50,280 bases of DNA from a virus (taxonomy: Duplodnaviria; Heunggongvirae; Uroviricota; Caudoviricetes). Shown here piece after piece: positions 1-8,064 of the stretch. The notes below the pieces were generated by a model that did not search any database, had not been told where the DNA came from, and was given only the letters and a program-made list of their open reading frames with translations. The position numbers and the translations under genes were made by a program. The DNA lies in the IMG/VR virus record IMGVR_UViG_3300032046_000003, positions 128,001 to 178,280 of that record, one strand, 5' to 3'. Positions within the stretch are counted from its first letter, which is position 1, and the number at the start of each line of letters is the position of its first letter.

Positions 1-399
1 AAGCAAATGGTCAAAGAAAAATATGGAGTAGAAGCTAATCAATTGTATGATTTATTGTGTCTTACAGGTGATGGATCGGATAATGTATCAGGCATTAAAA
101 ACATGGGTGTTAAGAAGGCCGCGAAGTTAATTAATGAATACGGCAATATAGATGAGATAATAAGCAAATCTGGTGAAAATCCTAAGCTTCAGGCGATAAA
201 GGACAACGTTACCATTTTACAAAGCAACAAAAAGGTGATAAAATTAAATTATGGGATAGATACAAAAATAGATTCAGGAAATAAGAATCTAGATTTGGTC
301 AAAGACATGTTTCACAATTATTTCAAATTTGAGTCTCTAATAAAGAGATGGGACGAAATAGAGAATTTATCGGCAATAGGAGGACAATTAATTGAGTAA
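1..399 (+). CDS. 5'-3' exonuclease / flap endonuclease (PolI 5' nuclease, T5 D15/T4 RNase H-like), C-terminal part, truncated by window start
   Basis: H3TH motif LTGDGSDNVSGIKNMGVKKAAKLINEYGNI. Confidence 0.85.
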   Translation, partial: KQMVKEKYGVEANQLYDLLCLTGDGSDNVSGIKNMGVKKAAKLINEYGNIDEIISKSGENPKLQAIKDNVTILQSNKKVIKLNYGIDTKIDSGNKNLDLVKDMFHNYFKFESLIKRWDEIENLSAIGGQLIE

Positions 400-574
400 T
401 GAAGTTGCGGCGAAATTATTAGTGCAGTTTATGTTTAAATTAATAATGGCAATAATAGCCTATAAATTAATAATGTGGATAGGAGGTAAAATAAGCGTAT
501 TACAGCTAATAGCAATTTGGATAGCGTTTCATATATTCTGTAGTTCGCGCATAACATTTGAGTCTAGGAGGTGA
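392..574 (+). CDS. small hydrophobic membrane protein
   Basis: 60 aa, two hydrophobic stretches, upstream GGAGG, overlaps previous stop. Confidence 0.5.
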   Translation: MSNEVAAKLLVQFMFKLIMAIIAYKLIMWIGGKISVLQLIAIWIAFHIFCSSRITFESRR

Positions 575-617
575 TGATAAGTAGTTTTTTGTGTTTGTAA
601 AATAAAGGAGGATTGAA

Positions 618-1262
618 ATGGTAAATTATAAAAAGGGTTTGGATGACGTTTCTAATGAATATGAGGGTAGTGGGTTTTCGTGGTTTAAGGTAAAAGAAAA
701 TGAGACCAAGACAATAAGGTTTTTGACTGAGGCCCCGGATATTATTCGTCTGCCTCTTCACTTCATTAAAATAGGGAAATTTAAAGGAAGTGTTATGTGC
801 CAGAACGATCCCGATACCAACAAATTTGATTGCCCGATGTGTAAAGTTGCCCAAAAAGAATTCACTGCTCCAGTTGGTATGGTGGCGGAAAGAATGTTTG
901 CCGTGATTATAGACAGGGAATCCAAGGAGGCGAAATTATTTCAAGGCACGGCTTCTGTTATGAATAAAGTGGCAGAAAGCTATAGACTCAACAAATCTCT
1001 AACAAATGTTGATTACTCAATCTCATTGAGGAGAGGCAAGAATAATTTCTTGGAATATTCTTTAAACGCCCTGGTTAATACCGCGGGCGAACTTAAACCA
1101 GAGGAAAAGGCTCTGGTAACAAAAATAAACATGGACGATGTTATTAAGGGCTTTACTAAGACTGACGAAGAGGTCACCAAGATTTTAAGGGGAGAATACG
1201 CTCCTAAAAAGAAAAGTGGCTCAGTTTTAGACGACATAATGGGCAGCAATAACGTTTTATAA
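618..1262 (+). CDS. phage single-stranded DNA-binding protein (gp32-like)
   Basis: WFKVKENETKTIRFL, H..C...CPMC Zn ligands, replication context, AAGGAGG RBS. Confidence 0.7.
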   Translation: MVNYKKGLDDVSNEYEGSGFSWFKVKENETKTIRFLTEAPDIIRLPLHFIKIGKFKGSVMCQNDPDTNKFDCPMCKVAQKEFTAPVGMVAERMFAVIIDRESKEAKLFQGTASVMNKVAESYRLNKSLTNVDYSISLRRGKNNFLEYSLNALVNTAGELKPEEKALVTKINMDDVIKGFTKTDEEVTKILRGEYAPKKKSGSVLDDIMGSNNVL

Positions 1263-1600
1263 TGGAGAAGTTAGAACAAATATTTGAGTTCCAAAAAGAG
1301 TTCGGTAGCAGGTTTATCGATTTCGATAAGCTTAATGAAGAGCAGCAGGAATTAAAAACTCTCGAATTCATAGACCACTGTATAGAAGAGCTCATAGAAA
1401 TGCGCAAGGAAATTCCTCGTAGAAAACACTGGAAGAAATTAACTCCAGTGGATAAGGTAAAATTATTAGATGAATACGTTGATGTCTTACACTTTTTTAT
1501 TGAATTAGCAATAATTAATGGATGGACAGCTGAAACAATATATCAAGGTTATTTAGATAAGAACAAAGTAAATCATCAGAGACAGGAGAATGGTTATTAA
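1262..1600 (+). CDS. dimeric all-alpha dUTPase/dCTPase (MazG-like fold)
   Basis: EELIE...KHWK...LLDEYVDVLHF...YLDKNKVNHQRQ motifs. Confidence 0.85.
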   Translation: MEKLEQIFEFQKEFGSRFIDFDKLNEEQQELKTLEFIDHCIEELIEMRKEIPRRKHWKKLTPVDKVKLLDEYVDVLHFFIELAIINGWTAETIYQGYLDKNKVNHQRQENGY

Positions 1601-2844
1601 TGTATGATGTTGCCATAATAGGCTTTGGGAGAGTTGGTGCTCCCTTAAGCTTATCACTTGAAAAAAATGGATTGTCTGTTGTAGCAATTGATATATCAAA
1701 AGATATTATTAATAAAGTTAATAACAAAATAATGCCATTTAATGAGCCTGGATATGATGAGTTGTTATTGTCATCAAAAATACAAGTGTTTGATGGTAAT
1801 GAAATAGAAAAATATCCAGAAGCGAAATGTTATATAATAACAGTTGGTACTCCATTAATGCAGCAAATAGAGACCGATCTCAGTCAAATTAAAAGAGTTA
1901 TAAAAACTCTAATTGACAAAGTAGATATTAAAAATAAATTAGTAGTTCTACGCTCAACAGTGGCTCCATATACAACAGAATTTGTAAAGAATTACATATC
2001 ATCAACATGTAATTTAAAATTTGGTGATGAGTTCTATTTAGCAATGTGTCCAGAGAGAATAGCAGAGGGTAAGGCATTAATTGAACTAGAACAATTGCCG
2101 CAAATCATTGGAGTAAGTGATGAAATATCATTTATGCTCGCGCAAGACGTCTTCTCTGTTCTAAAAGTTGATATTCTAAAATGTACTTATATTGAGGCAG
2201 AGTTGGCAAAGTTGTTTTGTAATATATACAGATATATCAATTTTGCAATTCCAAATTACTTTACTTACATAGCTGACAAATTTAAGGTGGATATATTTAA
2301 ACTGTTAAATGTAATGAATTTAAAATATCCTAGAAATAGTGGATTAAAATATCCTGGATTTGCTGCAGGCGCATGTCTTCGTAAAGATTTTGGTATGATA
2401 AACGAATATTTTCCTCAAACAGACTTGTTGCTTCAAGCACACAAAATCAATGAATATATGCCTAAATTTTACACTGATCTAGTAAAAGATAAAATTAATG
2501 GCAAAAGAATAGGAATATTAGGCTACACATTTAAATCAAATACAGATGATACAAGAGATAGTTTAGTCCCTAAAATGATTAGATATATTGAAAGACAAGT
2601 ACCATCCAATATTTTGATTCATGAGCCAAATCTTCCACAAGGACAATATTGCGACAAGTTTAATGAATACAGTTTTGATAACAAGTCATTAGATGATGTT
2701 ATACAAAATTCAGATATTATATTTATAGCCATCAATCACAATGAATTCTCAAAGTTGAATGCGAGTATGTTAAAAGAATACGGTTGTAAAACTATTGTAG
2801 ATATTTGGGGTATTTTAAACCTAAACGAATTGGTAATTAATTAA
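1600..2844 (+). CDS. nucleotide-sugar dehydrogenase (UDP-glucose/UDP-ManNAc/GDP-mannose dehydrogenase family)
   Basis: GFGRVG Rossmann motif, VGTP, LRST, CPER, ELAKL, GACLRKD catalytic Cys, FKSNTDDTRDS. Confidence 0.9.
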   Translation: MYDVAIIGFGRVGAPLSLSLEKNGLSVVAIDISKDIINKVNNKIMPFNEPGYDELLLSSKIQVFDGNEIEKYPEAKCYIITVGTPLMQQIETDLSQIKRVIKTLIDKVDIKNKLVVLRSTVAPYTTEFVKNYISSTCNLKFGDEFYLAMCPERIAEGKALIELEQLPQIIGVSDEISFMLAQDVFSVLKVDILKCTYIEAELAKLFCNIYRYINFAIPNYFTYIADKFKVDIFKLLNVMNLKYPRNSGLKYPGFAAGACLRKDFGMINEYFPQTDLLLQAHKINEYMPKFYTDLVKDKINGKRIGILGYTFKSNTDDTRDSLVPKMIRYIERQVPSNILIHEPNLPQGQYCDKFNEYSFDNKSLDDVIQNSDIIFIAINHNEFSKLNASMLKEYGCKTIVDIWGILNLNELVIN

Positions 2845-2859
2845 GAAAGAGGGGACTTC

Positions 2860-3885
2860 ATGAAAATATTGTGGACTGGAGATAGAGGATTTATTGCTGG
2901 TTATGCTATTCAAAAGCTTTTAAACGAAGGTCATGAAGTGTTTGGAGTTGACAATGATTGGAAATATGGACCTGTAAAGAAAAGCTATGATGATTTTCAA
3001 TTATATCATCACTATAAATTTGATTGTAAAGACAAAGACAAGTTAAAAGAATTGGTAATGGATAATAATATTGATGTATTGGTGTTAGGAGCAGCTATAA
3101 TTGGTGGAATATCTTTATTTCACGAACTTGCATATGATTTAATGTCAGAAAATGAAAAATTAACGGCTACAGGATTTGATATTGCAGTAGATGCATACAA
3201 AGACAACAAATTAAAGCAAGTATTAGCAATATCATCAAGTATGGTATTTGAATCTGCTAACACATTCCCATCAAAAGAAGGTGATCAGTTTATTTGTCCA
3301 CCACCATTATCGACATATGGATTTCAAAAATTAGCAGTTGAATATTTCGCTAAAGGAGCAAGACAACAATATGATTTGCCAGTCACTATAGTTAGACCAT
3401 TTAATTGCGTAGGAGTTGGAGAACAAAAAGCTTTGATAGATAAAAAAATATTGAGTGGTAATGTTAATTTAGCAATGAGTCACGTGGTGTCCGATTTAAT
3501 TCAGAAAATATTTAAAGGACAAAATCCATTACACATATTAGGAAATGGTAATCAAATAAGACATTATACTTATGGAGGCGATTTAGCGAATGGAATATAT
3601 AAGGCAATCACAGTTCCACGAGCGTTAAATGACGATTTCAATCTATCAACTGACAAAGGACATTCTGTTTTAGAGTTAGCAAAAATTATATGGGATAAGA
3701 TTAAGCCTGGAGAAGAATTTAAATATATTTCAGATGCTCCATTTTTATACGATGTTCAAAAGAGAGTTCCTAACACTGAAAAGGCTAAAGCTATTTTGAA
3801 TTTCGATGCAGGCACATCTCTTGAAACCGCTTTGGATGAAATAATCCCTTGGGTAAAGAAAGCCGTAGAAGATGACGTTATATGA
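2860..3885 (+). CDS. NAD-dependent nucleotide-sugar epimerase/dehydratase/decarboxylase (extended SDR)
   Basis: TGDRGFIAG, SSSMVF, YGFQK (YxxxK), RPFNCVG, GNGNQIR. Confidence 0.9.
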   Translation: MKILWTGDRGFIAGYAIQKLLNEGHEVFGVDNDWKYGPVKKSYDDFQLYHHYKFDCKDKDKLKELVMDNNIDVLVLGAAIIGGISLFHELAYDLMSENEKLTATGFDIAVDAYKDNKLKQVLAISSSMVFESANTFPSKEGDQFICPPPLSTYGFQKLAVEYFAKGARQQYDLPVTIVRPFNCVGVGEQKALIDKKILSGNVNLAMSHVVSDLIQKIFKGQNPLHILGNGNQIRHYTYGGDLANGIYKAITVPRALNDDFNLSTDKGHSVLELAKIIWDKIKPGEEFKYISDAPFLYDVQKRVPNTEKAKAILNFDAGTSLETALDEIIPWVKKAVEDDVI

Positions 3886-4435
3886 TGATTTTAAAGTTAT
3901 AGAAAGTGAAGTTTTAAATTGCAGTAAGTGTGAAAGATTAAGATCAGTTACTCCCAATCAAATGCCTCACATATTCTATGGGAATATAGACGACATAAAG
4001 CTTGTAATTGTTGGTAGGAATCCTGGTCTTGAAAATGACACTTCTAAAATTTCAAAAGAAAATTTCATGGATTATTATAGAGAGAAATGGCTAGAGTGTA
4101 AAATAGGAAAGTATTTAAGAGAAAAACTTGGAGATGAAGTGATTTTGAAGAAAATGTTTTTTACTAATATATGTAAATGTTCATCACCAGACAACAGCGC
4201 ATTATTAGAAGAAGAGAAAACAAATTGTTTAGAGTTTCTTAAGAGACAAATTAATTTAATAAAGCCTAAAATAATAATAGCTCTAGGGTCAGATGCTAAA
4301 AAAGCAGTCAGTTCAATAGGATATAATTGTTCAACTCATTATTTATATCATCCAACTTTTTTTTTGTATAAACACGACAAAACATTAATTCATCAACAAG
4401 ACTGCAGTTTAAATCTCATAAAAGGTGTATTATAA
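3872..4435 (+). CDS. uracil-DNA glycosylase superfamily protein (family 4-like, Fe-S)
   Basis: CSKC, GRNPG, FTNICKC, NCLEFLKRQINLIKPKIIIALG, YHP. Confidence 0.8.
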   Translation: MTLYDDFKVIESEVLNCSKCERLRSVTPNQMPHIFYGNIDDIKLVIVGRNPGLENDTSKISKENFMDYYREKWLECKIGKYLREKLGDEVILKKMFFTNICKCSSPDNSALLEEEKTNCLEFLKRQINLIKPKIIIALGSDAKKAVSSIGYNCSTHYLYHPTFFLYKHDKTLIHQQDCSLNLIKGVL

Positions 4436-5102
4436 TATATTGAGTAAAACACAACAAACCTCATCACTAAGAAGCTCTCTCTCAAAAATAGATTTAGACC
4501 CAGGTTATTTTTGTAAGTTTGTAAAAGATCAGTTTGTAAGAAATTTTATTAAGCAGACAACTAATCCAAAAATATTAGATATTGGTTGTGATACATGTTA
4601 TATAGCTGGATTATTGAATTATGATAAGTTTAAATTTTCATATTTGGGATTAGATATAGAAGATAGAGTTTGCAAAGAACATTTTAAAGGTAAAAATCAA
4701 CAATTTAAAATAATGAAGGATATAAGTGATATTTATAAGTTAGACCAATATGATATAATCTTATTGTTGGATGTAATTGAGCATATGAAAAATAAAGAGC
4801 AAGGATTTGAATTAATAGATATGTGTTTTGATAAACTCAAGAAAGGCGGCAAATTAATAATAAGCACTCCAAACCAATTAGGCAAAAAAGTGAATTGGCC
4901 TAAATATCATAAATTTGAATATACTTTTAAAGAGATAATGAATCATTGTGAGCATAAATTAATTACATGTTTTGGTTGGAGCATGGATGACGATTTGTTT
5001 AAAATTAGTTGTGGAATATTGCCAAAAGAAGTTAAAAGGGTTTTGCATGCAATTAATAATCCAGATTTAAGCAGGGATGTGTTATACGTATATGAAAAAT
5101 GA
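4425..5102 (+). CDS. class I SAM-dependent methyltransferase
   Basis: ILDIGC, YLGLDI, YDIILLLDVIEH, LKKGGKLIISTPN. Confidence 0.85.
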   Translation: MYYNILSKTQQTSSLRSSLSKIDLDPGYFCKFVKDQFVRNFIKQTTNPKILDIGCDTCYIAGLLNYDKFKFSYLGLDIEDRVCKEHFKGKNQQFKIMKDISDIYKLDQYDIILLLDVIEHMKNKEQGFELIDMCFDKLKKGGKLIISTPNQLGKKVNWPKYHKFEYTFKEIMNHCEHKLITCFGWSMDDDLFKISCGILPKEVKRVLHAINNPDLSRDVLYVYEK

Positions 5103-5613
5103 CATAATAATTTTTGAAGGTCCAGATAGATGTGGCAAAACAGAAATAGCAAAGAATCTTGCAGACATATTGGATTATCAATATTTTAAGAACACAGAAG
5201 AGCACAATAACTTTAAAAAAGGTTCTTTTAATGTTTCAATTGAATTAAAATATATTACAAGCCTTCTATCAAACATTGAGGTAAAAGGCAATGGAATAAT
5301 TTTTGATAGATTTTTTATATCAGAATATGTATATGCAAAAATGTATAAAAGGTCATTAAATTTAAAAGAGATAAAACATTATGATTCATTATATGCAAAA
5401 TCTAATGCTAAAATAATCTATTGCTATAAAGATAAGTATAGAACTTATGATGATGAAATAATAGACATTAAACATATAAACAAAATAAAAAAGTTATATG
5501 AGCAATATTTTAATAAAACTGAGATTAAAGTTTTTAAACTTAAAACCGATGATGAAGATTTGATTAATCAATTAGCTGTGATAATATCGTGGTTAAAGAA
5601 TGGCAAAAAATGA
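5092..5613 (+). CDS. deoxynucleoside monophosphate kinase (thymidylate kinase-like)
   Basis: P-loop IFEGPDRCGKT and FDRFFISEYVY; ATG at 5092 preferred. Confidence 0.85.
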   Translation: MKNDIIIFEGPDRCGKTEIAKNLADILDYQYFKNTEEHNNFKKGSFNVSIELKYITSLLSNIEVKGNGIIFDRFFISEYVYAKMYKRSLNLKEIKHYDSLYAKSNAKIIYCYKDKYRTYDDEIIDIKHINKIKKLYEQYFNKTEIKVFKLKTDDEDLINQLAVIISWLKNGKK

Positions 5614-6821
5614 ACATATTATACATATTACAACAATCAATATATAATAAAAATAAGAAATGGATAAGCAGTGACAGTAATATACAAATGATGAGAGGCA
5701 TCCTGAGCGAATTGATTGAAAAGACAGATTGGAATTTTTATGTATTAATTGCTGAATTAGAGAATTTTGCAGATATTAAAGATTATAAAGAAATTTTTGA
5801 CAATGAAAGAGTTCATTTTATTCCCTATAAATTTCCAGTAGATGCCTTTTTACTTAGACAACACTTCAACACAACTGAATTCGATCTATTATTTAGATAT
5901 GGATTGCCTAAAATAGATATTATATGGAACAATATAGCTGAAATTTCTAGGAACATAAAAACCTATTTAAAGTTTAATGTCAAAGACAATATTAAACTAA
6001 TAACTTGTTGTTATTGGTTGGACACTCCAATGATAAAAGGACAAAATAAAGTTGATATTGATATATCATATGATTGGAGACAATTTGATGGATTTGAGTG
6101 TTCTGATTTATGCGTGTTTACTTGTAAATCAACTTTTAATGCATTTTTAAATAATGCAAAGCTTAAATTCAATAATAAATTTATAAAGAAAATAGCTAAC
6201 AAATCTACTATATGGGATTTTGGCTATTCAATAAAAGAGTTAAATCAATATAAGGTCTCAAATGTGTTTGAAAAGCCAACTATAATGTTTTTAAATAGAT
6301 TAAGTGAAATAAATTACACAAAACATATGGAGTTTATAAAAGCAATAAATAGGCTAGCTAAAAAGAGAAGTGATTTTCAAGTAGTGTTCACTAATCCAAG
6401 CATGAAGGTCGACTTTGAAGAGTTAAATAAAAGTGTTAGCAATATATTTCTATATTCAACAAAGCCATTAAACAGAGAACAATATATAAAATTATTATGG
6501 GGTGGAGTGATTTCAGTCCATCTATATACAAAAGAACTGTATGGCGGTTGTGCATCAAGAGAAGCAATAGAGTGCAACAATATAATAGTTACTCCAAAAG
6601 TATTTGAATATAGACAAATTTTAGGAGAAAATTATCCATTCTATGTTAAGCCAGGAATAAGTGAAGAGTATAAGGACCTTGATAAGATTTTAAACAAGGC
6701 ATTAGACGGATATAAAAATTTTATTAAGAGCAATAAATTTAAACAGATATTGGAAAGAAATAGAAATAGCTCATTTGAGAAAATATCAAACAGAGTTATA
6801 AAGGATATAAAAGGTTTATGA
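5610..6821 (+). CDS. GT-B fold glycosyltransferase, probably DNA/base-modifying
   Basis: C-terminal GT-B-like features IMFLNRLS..YTKHMEFIKAI and ELYGGCASREAI; lies between dNMP kinase and TS homologue; ATGA overlap at 5610. Confidence 0.7.
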   Translation: MNILYILQQSIYNKNKKWISSDSNIQMMRGILSELIEKTDWNFYVLIAELENFADIKDYKEIFDNERVHFIPYKFPVDAFLLRQHFNTTEFDLLFRYGLPKIDIIWNNIAEISRNIKTYLKFNVKDNIKLITCCYWLDTPMIKGQNKVDIDISYDWRQFDGFECSDLCVFTCKSTFNAFLNNAKLKFNNKFIKKIANKSTIWDFGYSIKELNQYKVSNVFEKPTIMFLNRLSEINYTKHMEFIKAINRLAKKRSDFQVVFTNPSMKVDFEELNKSVSNIFLYSTKPLNREQYIKLLWGGVISVHLYTKELYGGCASREAIECNNIIVTPKVFEYRQILGENYPFYVKPGISEEYKDLDKILNKALDGYKNFIKSNKFKQILERNRNSSFEKISNRVIKDIKGL

Positions 6822-7654
6822 GCAATAAGGACGTTTTTGTAAAAATATTCAAAGATTTAGATGATGCAAAAACATATAGTCCTAGAAATTTAAAAGTAAA
6901 AGAGATAGTTAATTACAACTTCACCATAGAGAATCCTTATGATAGAATAATGAACTTTGAAGGCAGGAACATTAATTTAAAATATATCATCGCAGAGCTA
7001 TGCTGGTACTTACGAGGTGAACTCAAATTGGATGGTATAGATAACTATTCAAAATTCTGGCTTAATGTCTGTGGTAAAAAAGGTCAGCTTAATTCGAATT
7101 ATGGGCATTATATATTTAAAGAGAAGCAACTTTTCAACAATGTAATAGATAGACTCAAAAAAGACATGTTCTCAAGACAAGCAGTTATCATTATAAATAG
7201 ACTAAGTGTTATAATGAATAATGATACAAAAGATCAGATATGCACAACATCGTTGCAGTTTTTGATAAGAGACAATAAGCTTCATATGATAGTTAATATG
7301 AGGTCAAATGATTTGATTTTTGGGTTAGGCAACGACTTGCCATTCTTTACTATATTGCAAGAACTTGTATTAGAGATTTTAAAAAAATATTATCCATCTT
7401 TATATATGGGAAACTATTACCATAATGATGGTAGTCTACATATTTATGAAAGACATTTTCAAATGGTTAAAGATGTTATAAAAAATGATAAATATGACTC
7501 AATAGCATTTCCAAAAATTAATGGTTATAAGGAAGCCATGTATATTATCAACAATTTAGGTTCAATTGAGCAGAAAATTAGACAAGGAAAGGACATTAAA
7601 TGTGATGATGAGTTTAAATTTACTCGTCAATGTATTATGATATTAAAAACATGA
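6818..7654 (+). CDS. thymidylate synthase homologue with dCMP-type specificity (dCMP hydroxymethylase-like)
   Basis: DQICT catalytic Cys; MRSNDLIFGLGND has Asp where dUMP-specific ThyA has Asn, as in T4 gp42; SLHIYERHF. Confidence 0.8.
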   Translation: MSNKDVFVKIFKDLDDAKTYSPRNLKVKEIVNYNFTIENPYDRIMNFEGRNINLKYIIAELCWYLRGELKLDGIDNYSKFWLNVCGKKGQLNSNYGHYIFKEKQLFNNVIDRLKKDMFSRQAVIIINRLSVIMNNDTKDQICTTSLQFLIRDNKLHMIVNMRSNDLIFGLGNDLPFFTILQELVLEILKKYYPSLYMGNYYHNDGSLHIYERHFQMVKDVIKNDKYDSIAFPKINGYKEAMYIINNLGSIEQKIRQGKDIKCDDEFKFTRQCIMILKT

Positions 7655-8064
7655 AAGATAGAGATAAGCTTTTTATAGATATTGCCAAAAGAGTATCTGA
7701 AATGTCATATGCTAAAAGAAATAAAGTTGGTGGCATACTAGTAAAAGATAAAAACATAATATCTTTTGGATGGAATGGGACTCCAACTGGCTTTAATAAT
7801 AAATGTGAAGATGATAAAAACATGACTCTACCAGAAGTTATCCACGCCGAAATGAATATATATGCAAAATTAGCAAGAAATGGTGGCTCAGCTAAAGGCT
7901 CTGTTTTATATTTAACATTATCACCATGTTATGAATGTGGAAAACTTATTATTCAATCAGGAACAAAAAGAGTGGTATATTTAGAACAGTATAGGAATCC
8001 AGAGCCAATAAAATTTTTATTGAAAGCTGGCGTTAAATGTGTTCAATACAAGGAGAAAAAATGA
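7651..8064 (+). CDS. dCMP deaminase
   Basis: GWNGTP, HAEMN, LSPCYEC. Confidence 0.92.
   Translation: MKDRDKLFIDIAKRVSEMSYAKRNKVGGILVKDKNIISFGWNGTPTGFNNKCEDDKNMTLPEVIHAEMNIYAKLARNGGSAKGSVLYLTLSPCYECGKLIIQSGTKRVVYLEQYRNPEPIKFLLKAGVKCVQYKEKK

Noticed and set aside
6818-7654. Plain thyA annotation
   Set aside because: The specificity position is Asp (GND) as in dCMP-modifying enzymes, and the context is kinase plus glycosyltransferase.
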